Of a DNA stretch of 64,000 nt, positions 1-14,953 are shown in pieces. The notes beneath the pieces were generated by a model. It was given only the letters and a program-made list of their open reading frames with translations, ran no database searches and was not told the origin of the DNA. Numbering within the stretch: position 1 is the first letter of the stretch; each line of letters begins with the position of its first letter. Origin of the DNA: Selaginella moellendorffii (Eukaryota; Plantae; Lycopodiophyta); NCBI RefSeq assembly GCF_000143415.4, contig NW_003314413.1, positions 1 to 64,000 on the forward strand. Direction: 5' to 3'. The position numbers and the translations under genes are program-made.

Positions 1-1837
1 TTCAAAAGATTGGCATACTCCTTTATGAGATAGTCAATTGCTACAACACAAAGACTGTTGAAGGGATTAGAAAAGGGAAGAAAGAAACAAAATAGAAACA
101 TAGGAGAAAGTAATAAGGAAACAAAAGTGATGGAAGCAGAGGTAGAAGCAAAAGGATGAAAAAGAACAAATATGATAGGAATAAAACAAATATAAAAAAG
201 TATAAAACAAAAGGGAGAAGCCTTAAAGTTATACTTGGCATGATTGTGTCGCAACCAATCTATACTAAGGATGAGGTCAAAAGCTTGACTTAGCACCACT
301 CGTAATGACTGCAATTCAAGCTTGAGATCGCCCACACTCATAATTAGGTCCATGCACATGCATATGTACAATCGTTGCCATAAAGAATGAAAACTGACTA
401 TGCCACACGATGCAAATGTAAACGGTAACATGTGGAAATAGGCTGAGTAATAGACGATAAACTCGAGCCTATATCAATCAACATGGAGAGAATAATATAA
501 GATCTTTTGTTATAAAAATGAACTTGGAAAGTAAACACTGGATGAATTAATGTCAAGTGAACCCCTTGATGATATTCTTGAAAGAAAGATGAAAGGGTCA
601 CTAAATTATTTGTGCAAGGTCCCTTTGCTCTTTATGCGACTTTTTGTTTCCTAGAAGTATCTTAGTGTCTAAACTTTCCATTGCAGCAACACCAATAGGA
701 TGTTGTTGATGCCAAGGTCTCCACCCAAGAATGGAAGTCATTAATCTGGAAAATGTTGACAATGCTAATAAGTGTGACCAACTTTATCACATGCCCATAA
801 TAGACATCATAGCCACGACCACATCCTCGGCCTTGTCTTTGAACTTGAGCAGTAGTACCATCAACCTCCATTAGAATAGAACTATTTCCCATAAGAAGTA
901 GAGCTGAAAAATATGCAACAAGAAGTGGAAGAGGTGACATCTCATAATGTTATGCCAAATAAAGAGCATTGTCAAGGGTGGCAGGAGCAAATGCATGCAC
1001 AAGGTCTACAAGATCTTGACAAATGTTACCCACAACATTCCTAACTTTATCTCCTTAGACATATTTGGCTTCGCACAAAGCAAGAGGCTTTGGAAATAAA
1101 TATCAAATTGCATCACTGACTCAGATGGCCCTTGATAAAGACAATGCAAAGGCATTATCACAATCATTGGTATATCTAAATGCACACTTGAAATATTTGG
1201 GAGAATGCTCCAATCCTCATGAGTGGTTGCAATCAAACTATTGTACCATTGTAGCACCATCCTTTAGAGACACATGAAAAACTCACACAAATATTGAGCA
1301 TCATCCTAAGAATGATATGTGGCAATCATTATAAAGTGATCAAACCAGTAGTACATATCATCCCCAAGATTCCCACGAAAGAACTTCAGCTCAAAGCAAG
1401 GATTGGCACTAAGAGCAAAAAGAGCTGTACCACATGCCATGAATGCTGCCATCAACTGAGTTTGATTGCTCAATTGCAATCACATAGCATTGAGCAATTG
1501 CACCAACTGCTACTCCAAAGTCAAAGGAGGAGCAAACTACTACTTTGCTATAAAGATGAATGAAAAGGAAAGAGCAAAAAAAATAAAAATAAAGAAAGCT
1601 AAAAGAAAGGGAAGATATAAACAATACAAAAGCTAGATCTATAATAGAATCCTAAATTTAAACACTTCTCAAAGACAATCAAAATTACCCCTCAACTCCA
1701 CCAATGTGAGTGCATGGAATATGGATAAATTATATACATGAGTGAGTGGTTTGGATTGAAACCAATCCAATAGTTACCAAAATCCCATTATGCTAATATT
1801 AGTATATGGTATCATAATTGTACACTTCAACCTCACA
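1..1837 (-). mobile_element. 5' part of a degenerate short-LTR Ty3/Gypsy element (family B): gag/protease relic, PBS and 5' LTR (1705-1837); continues off the left window edge
   Basis: Co-linear homology with ~44910-46871. LTR runs TGTGAG...CTCACA. The adjacent AACTCCACCA reads TGGTGGAGTT on the minus strand (PBS-like). All frames are broken by stops. Confidence 0.8.
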
Positions 1838-1881
1838 AGACTAATTTGAATAAATAATAACCATTAGATGGTAAAATACTT

Positions 1882-2089
1882 NNNNNNNNNNNNNNNNNNN
1901 NNNNNNNNNNNNNNNNNNNNNNNNNNNNNNNNNNNNNNNNNNNNNNNNNNNNNNNNNNNNNNNNNNNNNNNNNNNNNNNNNNNNNNNNNNNNNNNNNNNN
2001 NNNNNNNNNNNNNNNNNNNNNNNNNNNNNNNNNNNNNNNNNNNNNNNNNNNNNNNNNNNNNNNNNNNNNNNNNNNNNNNNNNNNNNNNN
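1882..2089. other. Assembly gap (N run)
   Basis: Run of N. Confidence 1.
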
Positions 2090-3097
2090 TCGATAGAGAG
2101 CTCTTTTCGACTCATCTCTGGATGCATAAGTTTATATACATTTTTCTTAATCTTCATCAAAGGTTAGAAACCAAAACAATAAAACAAGCTTTTAAAATGA
2201 AGGAAAAACATTAAAGGTTATTAAATCATGGAATACTATCAGGTAATACCAAACAAGTGTTAAAAGATCATTGTTATAATGTTGTCAAATATTATCCTCA
2301 CTCAAGTGTACTAAAAAATGAAGTTTCTCCATATCATGGACAAAATTTATTTTTGGATAGCAAACTGTCTAAGCTTTCAAATATGACAAAATAAGAGCAA
2401 ATTTACTTATTGATCTTTTAGTAGGCCAATACAAGTTTATTAACATCTATAGTCCTTTCTGCATAGACATGGTTAACTAGAACATTAATATCATTACGAA
2501 ATTAATTATTAATACACTTCATTTAAGCCATATAAACATTTTTTGGGAGATATAAATTTTTTTTAGAAGATACCAATTATTGTACTATATCTAGCAGCCA
2601 TTAAAGTTGTACATCCCTTTCAATGATATTAATATTTTAGCCAGTCATCCTAAACACTTAAAATTAATAATCTTCATAGTGTTTTGAATACAATGTTTTG
2701 AATCTAATCACCCATAGATAGTGCTAGTTAATTAATATTTATGTTATTGAAGATATAATATTATTTTTCCCAATGATATAGACAAGTTACATTCTCATCA
2801 ATTTCATATATATTTTAGATTCATTACAGTAACTTTAAAGAGTATAAAAAAGCTTTACCATATTAAATATGTTGTACTATATTAATCTATGAATAGATGA
2901 TTCCTCATCTATAAACTTATTTTATGTTATGTAAGAACTTAAACTGAAGGCATGTGTTCTAAATGTCATTAAGTAGTGTGTGCGCTTATGGATAAAACTC
3001 AACTTGTACTAATAATTGAATCTATGTCATTAATGAATTATTATAACTAACACTAAAGATTTAACAACATAATGACACTTCACACATATTGATAGTC

Positions 3098-3235
3098 AGA
3101 TCATTTATATATCATACAAGAACAAATCATTATTGCCATCATCACTGATTATTAGATTTCATACAAGAATAGATCATTTATATATCATACAAGAATATCA
3201 TTATTGCCATCATCACTGACTATTAGACTTCACAT
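3098..3235. repeat. Tandem duplication of a ~70-bp unit
   Basis: GATCATTTATATATCATACAAGAA...ATCATTATTGCCATCATCACTGA.TATTAGA occurs twice in tandem. Confidence 0.75.
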
Positions 3236-3289
3236 ATTAAAAACCCTTCCTTGGATCTACGTATGTGCATGCATCATACATCATAATAC

Positions 3290-3779
3290 TATAAACTCCT
3301 AAATTTAAATTTTCTGAGAGGTCATCCAGCCTAATATTATTTAAACCCAATAACGCTTAACCCTAAATATCCCAAAACCTTTAATTGATTAGAAAAAGGG
3401 GTGCATTCTTGTATATGAGCCCTTTCCCTTTATATTTGAACCCTTATGAATCGTCTTTTGAGTTATTTCCTTTAGTTACTTATAATCCACCAAAGCAAAT
3501 TAAACTTGTTAGATATAAATCAAAATATAATGCGATTCCCCTAACCAACTAACAGAGTTAGACCCAAAACCCCTTTGATATCAAATGTATACCCCTGAAT
3601 TTGAACTTCTTAGAAAGTCACCTAACTTTGTATTATTCAAACTCAAGGACAGTTAACCTTAAATATCTCAAAACCCTTAATTGATTAAAAAAGGGGTGCA
3701 CTCATGTTCATGGGCCCTTTTCCTCTATATTTGAACCTTTATAGATCGTTTCTTGAGTTGTTCCCTTTGGTTGCTTACA
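3290..3779 (-). mobile_element. Complete but decayed 5S-promoter-bearing TRIM (Cassandra-like); LTRs 3290-3484 and 3586-3779
   Basis: Two ~195-bp direct repeats around a ~100-bp interior. Perfect TSD AATAC (3285-3289 / 3780-3784). Degenerate tRNA-iMet PBS (CTTTGATATCA on the plus strand) before 3586. LTRs are homologous to the 5S-containing LTR at 17289. Confidence 0.85.
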
Positions 3780-4438
3780 AATACATGACAATAATATTAT
3801 AATTGTCACATATACATATATATTATATATATTGTAGTATTTAAATTCATTTTTTATGTTGTTAACATTCTTCTTATTTTTACCTTAAATTTCAATTTAT
3901 GTTTCATTATGAATTTTTACAAGGAGCACAAAGAGAGAGATAAAGAACTCAAAACCTAAAGAAAATAATAGAGAGGTTTCTTCTACATTTTTAAAATCAC
4001 CCATTACTTTTATTCTTTTAAAACTTATTTTTAAAAGGTTTTATATTGGTCTATTTCTTTGGAGGTTGTGATTCACAACAATACTAGTATGATTGCATTC
4101 TTGGAGTGTTTTTTTGTGTGGGTGAGGGCAGGTAATAATAGAATTTGTAGAATTCCAAGTCCAAGTAAATTTCAGTTTTTTTAATCTTCAATAAAAGTGT
4201 CAAAAATGCAATTTGGCTAAAATGAATGTGAAGCAAGAATTATTTGTCATCCTCTCTTCCTCTTCCAATTCATCAACCCTAAATTCACTAACTCCATCTT
4301 CAGTAATATTCAAAACTATTAATAACATTTTCTAATTTTCCCACCTCTTAGTCAATGTGCACTTTTTATTTATATAAACCCAAAAGGAAAGTTCTATCCT
4401 CCTATAATGGCAACATCTTCTTCAAATTACCATCTTTT

Positions 4439-4831
4439 NNNNNNNNNNNNNNNNNNNNNNNNNNNNNNNNNNNNNNNNNNNNNNNNNNNNNNNNNNNNNN
4501 NNNNNNNNNNNNNNNNNNNNNNNNNNNNNNNNNNNNNNNNNNNNNNNNNNNNNNNNNNNNNNNNNNNNNNNNNNNNNNNNNNNNNNNNNNNNNNNNNNNN
4601 NNNNNNNNNNNNNNNNNNNNNNNNNNNNNNNNNNNNNNNNNNNNNNNNNNNNNNNNNNNNNNNNNNNNNNNNNNNNNNNNNNNNNNNNNNNNNNNNNNNN
4701 NNNNNNNNNNNNNNNNNNNNNNNNNNNNNNNNNNNNNNNNNNNNNNNNNNNNNNNNNNNNNNNNNNNNNNNNNNNNNNNNNNNNNNNNNNNNNNNNNNNN
4801 NNNNNNNNNNNNNNNNNNNNNNNNNNNNNNN
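4439..4831. other. Assembly gap (N run)
   Basis: Run of N. Confidence 1.
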
Positions 4832-5581
4832 TCAAAGATGTTATGTAAGAAGAGATTACAAAAAACTCATTTGCAACTCTGAAATATGTTTAGAAAACTA
4901 TGCTTAAAGAGCCCTCTACTTAATTTGGACTACCAAAAGACTCAATTAGACAAAGTTAATTTGTGGGATTTACTACAAAGTGTATAATCTACTACTAGTC
5001 TAAGGAGGTATATATGCAATATTTCATATATTACATTAATATCACATTATCTTATTTATGATAAAATCTTGGATATGTGAATCTTGAAAGTGGAAGTTGT
5101 AGAAAAAAATTGATTCCATCTGTATCAACCAAAAACCTAGGCTCAAGGGACTCCAGCCTTGAACCCAGGTCTGCATCAGAGCCATAGATTAAATTATGCA
5201 TAGCATATAGTATATGCTAGCAATTAGAACCACTAGCTTTTCAAAGGGGGGAATCCTAATTGTGAATCCCTATCTCCATTCCATCATTTTTTTTATCAAT
5301 ACACAACATTCTCTTACTCATGCTTCTTCTTAGCCCTTGGAGATCGGGCCCTTTTCTCTTTTGTTTTCTTACTAACAGTAGATTTCCAGTGAAGAGGAGT
5401 TTTCACACCTTTTCATTTGGCAACCACGGCTTCTGAATTCCCCTTCAGGTTTACAAATTCTTCTATTTTTTCTCCATTCTCTGTGCGCAGATAGCAAGAA
5501 CGATCCAGAAATCTACCCATCTCACCCAAATTCGCCCAAATTACGCTCTAATTCATACATTCGCCCAAATTCAACAAGCAA

Positions 5582-7739
5582 ATGCCACTGCCAACATGGA
5601 TCAACGGCGTCCAAGCGGTTGCTGCCCAACACAGTAAAGACAGACACTTTCCAGAGGAGATCTTTGAAGAATCTGAAAGATCTCTCTCAAGATCTCCAAG
5701 TCCAATCACCGACAAAGAACACCAACGACCCTCTTTGACAAGAAACTCCAATCTACCAGCACCTTCATCAGCAGACGCCCTCAACAGCTTCATTGGCGAA
5801 CTCCATCTCCGAGCACAAGACCACCCACTCCAAGCTCGAGACCTCAACCAGCGCGCTCGACACAAACCGACACCACTGCCGAAACGAACCCATCTTCCAT
5901 GCAGTCGTCGACCCGGCAATCCTAGTGCTCTGACACGATTCCAGTTCCTGCACCCAGTCCCAATATTGAAGCACATCCTCAGAACCTACACCAATGACGA
6001 ACCCATCACTTTGTTACCCGGTATCGGACAACTTGTCGAGGGACAACTTCACAACGCACCACCGATTTTTCAACAACCCCTCCAACAAAGTCAGCAGCTC
6101 AGCACCGAAAAAACAGTCCGAACTCGGTTCAAAATCAACACGTTCGCTGCAACAACTCTTGCCAATCACGCCATCACCCAATCCTAACTCGAACAACTCG
6201 ACAACATTATCGAAGAAATCATTCCAGACAAACCCGAATATCCGAAACTCTTCATCGAACTCCATCTCTGCACCAGCAAGTGGAAGACCAGTTTGCATAC
6301 TACACCAGCACACTCGACCCAACACAACTTGGCTGAACACAACCCAACCCAACACACACCACCGTTGATATTTGCACTGAAAAGAAAGAACAAGCTCACA
6401 ACAACTTTATCGACAATTGGCCCGCCGACAGTCTTCCCGAAGTTCTACCCGAACTGCATGATTGACTGCAAACACAAATCTGACACCGACAACTAGTAGA
6501 AGGATGCATGTATCCAAAACCACAAAGAACATCCAGCAAGTCGGAAGAAGACCGACAACAGCTTATCTGACGTTTAGATAGAGATTTGAAGAATTTAGAA
6601 ACAAAGAGAAAGAAAGACCAAGTGAAGTTGAATCAAGTTGTTAGACCCTCCAAGAGAGAGAATTACATCCGACACGAATTATTACCGCGAGCTAACTCCG
6701 ACGAACCAGTATCGGACATCGCAAAGAATACGACGACTACACAACACCACCGGACACACCACTGGCAGCACCCTCGACGGCACCCACCAAAGTGCCCAAG
6801 CCTGAATCAACACCCTTGACAGCACCCACCCAAGTGCCCGAGCCTGAAGCAACACCCTCGACGGTACCCACCGAAGTGCCCAAGCCCGAGCCCGACCAAA
6901 CATTTGAGCAGTCGACATAGACTACGCCTGAGAAACAAAACATTTTTCAAGCATTTTTCAACCACTTCAAAGGTACATTCACCAACCCCATCTACAGTGA
7001 CGACGAACGACCAAGTTTCCCACCCAGCTTCACAGACTTCACCAGACCAGCACCATTTTCGCCATACCAACCGATCTTCACAACACCAATATATCCCACA
7101 TTTGCTTCCAACATCTACCGAAGCCCGCTATCAGCAAGACCTTTCGAACATGCTTTCGACTTCAACGTGCCAACGAGACAACAACTCAACTTCACCAATT
7201 ACAGTCGCACTCCAATATACCCAGTCAATAGCAGTAAAGACAAACAACCCGAATTGTCCAATAGTCAAGCACTCACTGAAAAAGTCAACAACTCACACCG
7301 AGCTGCCGAACAGCTACAATCATCCAACAACAACGAGATTGACGAACCAATCATCGACGACAATCTTCTACAGCAACCACAATCACCACACAACTATACG
7401 TTTGAAGAATTCTTTGACAATTTAGAAATACAACCCCAACCAACACAACATAACTCCGACAAGTACGTCAACAACAAGTTCGAGCACCATCTTCTGAAAA
7501 TCAACACCGGCAAGCAACTCGACACCGACGACGACGTTGACGACACACCCAAAAACAGTCCCAACATAGAAGAAAAAACAGAGGAGAGTCCACTAAACAA
7601 CAACAACAATTCACCACCTTCCTCCTACACCGACTTTGCCATTGACCCCGACAACCCCTTGCTCCAAATCACCTTCGGACTCCATGGTGAGAACCCAACA
7701 ACACAACCTCGACAATACTGACATTACTACCAACAGCAA
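5582..7739 (+). pseudogene. Long coding region upstream of gag (ORF0 or Gag N-terminal extension, ~700 codons, interrupted)
   Basis: ORFs 5582-6187 and 6293-6496 share one frame across single stops. ORF 7167-7721 is in frame with gag across one TGA. Same A/C-rich codon bias as pol. Confidence 0.55.
6766..6891 (+). repeat. 3 x 42-bp tandem repeat coding a P/T-rich 14-aa unit
   Basis: CA(G/A)CACCCT(C/T)GAC.G.ACCCACC.AAGTGCCC.AGCC.GA three times; reads APSTAPTKVPKPES / TPLTAPTQVPEPEA / TPSTVPTEVPKPEP. Confidence 0.85.
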
Positions 7740-10700
7740 ATGGCAGTCACTACCGCCGTCGCCAACATACCTGTCGGAAGACACGTCTCCTATCCACTAT
7801 TTCATGGTCTGAAGTCAGAAGATGCCGAGAAACATGTTGAACAGTTCCCAGAAGCAATTCGAATCAACAGCCAGAGGGCTGAACTCCCATAGTACTTCCA
7901 ATGTACCCTTCGAAAGAGAGCCAACGAATGGGCTCAAACGCTTCCTCAAAATACAAGTTTCAATGACCTCACACTCAAACTCGTAGACCGATTCAAGTCT
8001 TCCCTCACTCAAAGCCAATGACTTCACAAGATCCAAAACCTCAAGCAGAAGTCTGGTCAATCCATCGACGACTACACTCAAACCTTCACTCAACATGCCA
8101 GCAAATGCGGCAACAATGCCACCGAAACATTAGACTTGCAGATTTTGAAATTCTCCAGAAATTTGACAAGTCTCAAACTATCCCCGACAGTAGTTTCGAC
8201 AACCATATCCAAATCAATACTTCGACAATTACCAGGCACCACCTCTGACAAACTGGAGACCGCCGAGAAACAACTTTCAACACCAGAGTCGACAATGGAA
8301 TGATCAACCTCGCTACAACAACTACAACAATTGACAATACCCGCCGAACTGGAACTACCTGGCAAACTGCGACAACTACAACCAAGGATACCAACAATAC
8401 CCAAGATACCAGAACTGAAGATACCAAGGCCAAAGTTATCAAGACCAGGGCTACCAAGGCAACTACAACAATTGACCATGGCAACCTCAACTTCAAAACC
8501 AAGGCAGTCCACCGAGACTTGGTCTGCCGCCTCCTCGACAACAAGATCAGAACCAGCAGCAACCACCAACAACAAGGATGGTTGAGACCGACGAACTACC
8601 TTATGCCGACAATGATGACTCAGATCCTCAAGTCATGGCAGTACAAACTCGAGCACAAATTCGAGTAGAAAAACAATAACAATCGGACAGAGATTCCAGA
8701 GATAGTGAAGAGAAAGGCCCTGAGAGCCCAACAAAACTCCAGGAATGGAAAAAGAAGCAGAAGTTAGCCACCAAGATACAACGGCAACTCGCTCTACAAC
8801 CACCTGAATTAGTGATTTTAGACTCCGACAATGAAGCTCAACCATCACCAGCTTGACAACAATGCCAAGACTCAATACCAGAAAACCGACAGACAAATCG
8901 TCCAACATCGACACTGACACCAGAACACAATTCGGCAAACTTCGACGAAATCCAAGAAGTAGCAGAGACTATCCTCAACCAAAATATTCAGATCACCATC
9001 GGCCAACTGCTGAAGATTACACCCTACCTCACCAAACAGCTCACTGATCTGACATCTGCACCAACCAACACTTTGACAGACTCGTCCATACTCAACTTGA
9101 CACAGACAGCTGTTGACACATTTCGAATTGAGATTCAACCGGGTGATTGTGACAATAATGTTCCGACAATCGAACTACGACTCAACAAACACCTTGTTCG
9201 AGGAGCCATAATTGATGGCGGCTCCAGCATTAATATTATTGAAGACAGTCTTGTTCAACAACTCAACATCGGCCCAGTCCACCCAACACCTTTCAATGTC
9301 CAAATGGCCGACCATCGATCTGTTCAACCCAAAGGCATCATCCGAAAAGTCAACACCACCATTCAAGGCGTCAAAATACCAGTCAACTATGTCCTCAAAC
9401 TACCGGAGCAGACCGATGGATACTCGATTCTCCTTGGTCAACCTTGGCTCCGAACTGCCCAAGTTTATCAAGATTGGCCCAATGACAATCTTATCCTTCA
9501 AGGACCAGACGGACTGACAAGCGTGTCGACAAAAGCGACCAAATCGCTGTCCAGCCACAACCGACCTATTGACTTGGAAGAATATAATCTCGAAGATGGC
9601 CTCGACGACTATGAAGAACAACAAACTCTCAAAGCCTACCCTGATCTCAAACCTTTGGACCTGTTTCAAATCGTCACCGACTTCCAACGAGAACGACCCC
9701 CGATTACATCAGCACTGAAAAATCCAGTCACTCGAGATACAAAACTCGAAGTGCCACTGGCATTCACAGTCGACAACCACAACAAAGTTGCCTACATTCC
9801 GTCCATTCCAGCTGACCAAAAACTCGAAAAATTCAGCCTTGCCGACGACGGCAATGAACACTACATTGTACTCGCCACCAACATCTCGGCAAGTTTTCGA
9901 GACAAATGCATCAATCTTCTCTGAAAGAAGAATCACTTGTTCGCTTGGAGTTATCGAGACCTTAAGGGAGTTTCACCAAAACTCAGCCTTCACACCATCA
10001 CCCTTCTTCCAGACTCAAAACCAAGAAGACAAGCAGCCTACTGGATGAATCCGAATCTGATGGAACAAGTAAAGAAAGAACTTGACAAGCTTCTCCAAGT
10101 TGAGTACATCTACCCAATTCAGAATCTGATATGGCTTTCACCACTGGTGGTTGTGCCGAAGAAAAATGGCAAACTTCAAATCTGCATCAACTATAAACAG
10201 CTCAACGACGCCACCAAAAAAGATGTCTTCCCGATACCATTTACCAACGAAGTTCTTGACGCAGTTGCCGGACACGAGATGTACTCCTTCCTCGATGGTT
10301 TCTCCGGCTACAACCAAATTCACATCACTGAAGAAAATCAGCACAAGACAGCATTCATTAGTCCATGGGGAGCCTATGCTTACCGACGAATGCCTTTTGG
10401 ACTCTGCAATGCCCCATTCACCTTCCAAAGGCTCGTCGCCAACACTTTCCGAGACTACCTCACCGACTTCATGAGAGTCTTCATGGACAACTTCAGCGTT
10501 TTCAGCTCGGAAGATCGACATCTTGAATGCCTGGAGAAATGCCTCAACAAGTGCGAGGAGAATAACATAGCACTCAACCCTGACAAATGTGCTTTCTTCG
10601 TCAAATCTGGAGTACTTCTCGCCCACATTGTCTGCAAAGGCATTCTCATCAACAAGGACAAAGTCGACGTCATCTCCAAACTCGAACCGCTGAGGAATCA

Positions 10701-12650
10701 GAAAGAACTTCAGCACTTCCTTGGCAAAGTTGGATATCACCGACGATTCATCCACAAGTACGCTCACATCGCCAAACCACTCACTGATGGACTGAAACAA
10801 GATGCCCAATGGACATGGACGTCCAAACAGCAACAAGCATTCGACAATCTCCAACTCAAACTAACAACAGCACCGATCCTTGCCAAGCCTGACTGGACAC
10901 AAGAGTTCCACATTCATGTTGACACTTCCGACGTTGCCACTGGTGCAATTCTCAGCCAAACTCAACACGACAACCGAGATCAACCGATCTACTATGCCAG
11001 CTGACTACTCAACCCAGCTGAACGAAATTACATCACCACCGAGAAAGAAGCTCTCGGCATGATCTACTCACTTCAAAAGTTCCGACACTACATACTGTCA
11101 ACCAAAGTCATCCTTTTCGTCGACCACAAGGCACTCCTTTACCTCATCAACAAGCCGATACTATCTGGTCGAATATCAAGATGGTTCCTTTTACTACAAG
11201 AATACAACTTCGAGATCGTCCACAAACCCGGCAAAAATCACGAGCAAGCAGACTATCTCAGCCGGATCACCACCGGTGACAAACCTGAAAGACTTACCGA
11301 TGACTTACCGGACTCAAACCTATTCCGAGTTTCAATACCAGCAACCTGGCTCGACGACGTCTTCAGTTACCTGAACTCAGCAAAAGTTCCAGATCAGTAC
11401 ACTACCTCCGACCAAAGAAGACTTTTGTTGCTAAAACCCGACAATACTCAATCATTGGAGGCACTCTCTACAAACTCGGAATTGACAACATTCTTTGCCG
11501 ATGCATCAAGCAGCCACACACAACTCAAATCATCAAGGAAGCTCACGATGGACCTTCCGGCAAACACTTTGCCGCTGACACCACAACTCGGAAGATTCTT
11601 CAAGCCGGCCTCTGGTGGCCGACACTCTGGCATGACACTGAAGAATTCTGCAAATGCTGCGACACATGTCAACGACACTGATTACCTCCGAAAACTCAAA
11701 CTCAACAACTCAACCCAACATTCCCAATGGCACCATTTCAGAAATGGGGACTCGACTTCGTCGGACCCCAAGTCAGCACCCGCCTAGGAAATCAGTACAT
11801 CATCGTCGCCACCGATTACACTACCAAGTGGGCCAAAGCAATACCTCTCCGACATGACACAGCGAAAGCAACAGCAACCTTCATCTATGAAAATATCATC
11901 ACTCGTTTCGGCACACCACTCGAACTCGTCACTGACAGAGGCACCCACTTCATCAACGAAACAATTGAACATCTCACCACCGAGTTCAAAATCCAACACA
12001 AAATGTCGACACCATACTATCCTCAAGGCAACGGTCAAGCAGAAGCAACAAACAAAACACTGAAGACCATCCTCAAAAAAGTCATCAACGATTCCGGCAA
12101 AGACTAGGACGACAAACTTCTTGACGTACTTTCGGCCTATCGAACTGCATAAAAAGTCACCACCGACATGACGCCATTCAAACTCGCCTTCAAAACAGAA
12201 GCCATCACGCCAATCGAATTCATTGTCCCAAGCATGTGAGTCACCGTCAAGTATAATCTCGACACCCGACATGCAGTTCGAGAAAGGCTTCAACAACTCA
12301 AACATCTCGACGAACTCCGACTCAACGCCCTCTGGACACTTCATGCCATCCAAAAACAGAGAAAAGCTTGGCACGACCAACAAGCATCCAGGCATAACAT
12401 TCCCAAATACAGCGTCGACGATCATGTTCTCTGGTACCAAGGACCCATTGGCAAACTTGGCCAAAAACTCCACACCAACTGGCAAGGACCTTTCAAAATC
12501 ATTGAACTATACCCCAACGGCACTGCCAAAGTCAGCACACTCGCTGAAGACTTCACTGAGATCATCAACCTCAACAAGCTTCGACCATATCATGTCGACA
12601 TGTTCAGCATCAGCACGTCAGCAAATTTCCGACCCAAACCGACAAACACC
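7740..12650 (+). pseudogene. Gag-Pol polyprotein of family A (gag, aspartic protease, RT, RNase H, integrase), disrupted
   Basis: Gag YPLFHGLKSEDAEKHVEQF. PR AIIDGGSSINII. RT YSFLDGFSGYNQI...MPFGLCNAP...VFMDNF. RH HVDTS...EKEALGMIYSLQKFRHY...DHKAL. INT FQKWGLDFVGP...TDRGTHF...YYPQGNGQAE and WQGPF. Several premature stops. Confidence 0.95.
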
Positions 12651-13009
12651 CCAAAACCAACAATTGACAATAACCCCGGCAGACAAACTTTAACTCAAAT
12701 CAGTTCGACACAACTCAACTCGACTCAACACGAACTCATCCACCAACTTCAGCAACAAACAGCAGCAAAAATCTCTAAGTCCCAAACTATCGTTGGATCA
12801 ACGCCACCTGAGCAAATATCAATAGTTGAACTTGAGTTAACTTCATCACCAATATCCACTATTGATTTGCAATCAAGCCAAATCAAACCACATCAATTCC
12901 GTCAACAAATCTCTACCGTTCATCACCAGCAATTGAGGGCCGCACGATCAGCCAACCAACAGTTACAGGTTTCAAGAACCCTAACGGGGCGAGCACTTCG
13001 ATCTCAGAA

Positions 13010-14953
13010 AATGAAAAGAAAGATGCCAGCTCATCCACCTCGGCACCTCAAATACGTCATACACCATATTCCTAGGCTTCCCAACAAAGACACAACCACC
13101 TGGCTCAAGGACCATGGATTCAAGCTCCTCCACAGGGCCTTTTCAACACACCCAGACCAAAAACTAGCGAGGAAAATGGCTGCTTCCTTCAACCCCAAGA
13201 ACAGCACCATAACCGATGGCACCAACGAGATCACCCTCAGCCCAGCAAGAATCACCTCTGTTTTCAAAATCTCCAACAAAGGACTGCTCAAATTTTCAGG
13301 AGAAGTTCCACAGCAAATCATCAAGGCCAATCGAGAAATTACCGGTGAGCTCACATGGGAGGACATCGAGGAGCAGCATATGGATGGCCTCAAAGCCCTC
13401 CTCCTCTACTATGAACTTCACCCAACAGATCGCACCATTGGCAAGCGCACAGCAGAAGTCTACGGAGCTCTACTCGACGGCAAACGTGTGAACATGGCTC
13501 ATCATCTCCACGAGCTCGTTCTCAAGCTTCTCGACCGTGCCATCCTCGCTACACTCAACCAGAAGACCATGCGGACAGTAATCTTCCCAATGCCACCAAG
13601 CTCTTTCCAACAAGCAACTGTGGACAACCCAAATGAACTCCATAGAACAAAGCGACAGCTCTAAAGAACACTCAGAATCAGAAGGAGCAACTCCCAGCAA
13701 AAAACCAAAGCCAGCATCTCAACAATCAGGCTCAACTCACTCCAACAACACCAGCTCCAGCAACAAACACTCCAACGATTCAACTCCACTTCTCTGCCAC
13801 CTCACACGCAAAACACCAGCGAATCCAGCTCCAAAACCGCTGATCCAAGAGCACCTCGTCATCAGCGACAATGAAGACAACTCACACCACCATCCACACT
13901 CACCCCAGAGCCCACATCCACTCGAATCAGCCCCAAAACCGACAACTTCTCGCAAACACATCAACATTGCCTAAGGAAAACGTCAACTGCTCGCCCAGAA
14001 CTCAGTGTCTCCACCAGCTGAGAACAACATTCTCACTGCCCCGACCTCCTTGACACGTTCCACAAAAGAAAACATTCACTACCTTTGCCAATCACTTAAA
14101 GAACACGCAACCATGCCTCCTCTAGCAAATACCACGACCAGCATTAACAAAAATTCCGCCCCTTCAACAAAATTCCAAGCGAAAAATTTTCCCAATGGAT
14201 AAATTAATTTCAGCGCCACATCTGAGCCGTTCATCCACCATCAAACTGAAAAGCTCATGTCCAACCACCTCAAAGAATCCGGACTGACCACGTCACCCAC
14301 ATCCAACGAAGCAGATTCAGCCTCCAGCAACTTCAACTCCTGAGACCAAGAACACAGCGAACCCTAGCGAGAACCACTAGGATCACGGAGCAGGAGCAAG
14401 AGCAGCAGCCATGCCTCAGCCACAGAGTCAGGTATGCCGTGATTACGATGAAATCAGGAAGGAGTACAAAGATAAACTCCGCAACCCAAGCTATTGCACC
14501 CGCAAGTTGTTTGAAGCCCTCGATCAACACATGCACCGCGAGCAAGAAAACCACTTCTTAACACTAGCTGACATCGCAAAGCATCTTCTCAAGCAAGACT
14601 CCTTCATATACACCCGGGGAGCTATCAAGAAGGAGTTCTATGAGCCTTTAAACCACCGGCTGGATACTCAGCTCTAAGAGATGAAGCAGGTACGCACTGA
14701 CCTCCGGGACATCAGGAAGATCGTCTCCAAGTAGCCATTAACCCCATCAGCAGCTCACGAATTCACCTACAAATTCAAATACGAAGAGCTCAACACCCGC
14801 TACCAAAAGCTTGAGGATGATCATACCGCCCTCCTGGCTGAGGTAGCCGACCTCCAAGAAGATGGGACAGATCCACCATACAGTGTCCCCAACCATGAGC
14901 TTACACTCCCACAGCAAAAACGTCGCCTCTATCAACTGGAGCAGCAGCAGTAA
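13010..14953 (+). pseudogene. Extra ORF downstream of integrase (Athila/Tat-type accessory protein-like N-terminus, low-complexity middle, coiled-coil C-terminus), interrupted
   Basis: Open frame MKRKMPAHPP...LARKMAASFNPKNSTITDGTNEITLSPARITSVFKI...GKRVNMAHHL. Later heptad-like stretch EELNTRYQKLEDDHTALLAEVADLQE. Lies between INT and the PPT. Confidence 0.6.

Noticed and set aside
2090-4438. Possible transposase relic in the AT-rich DNA between the gaps
   Set aside because: No motif could be supported by eye
1864-4907. Poly-X ORFs
   Set aside because: Artefacts of the N gaps
10138-13393. Long minus-strand ORFs inside family A
   Set aside because: Explained by the A/C-rich strand bias of the sense pol and accessory frames
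12600-13664. Retroviral env gene
   Set aside because: No signal peptide or transmembrane segment visible; reported only as an accessory ORF, with the likely start at 13010
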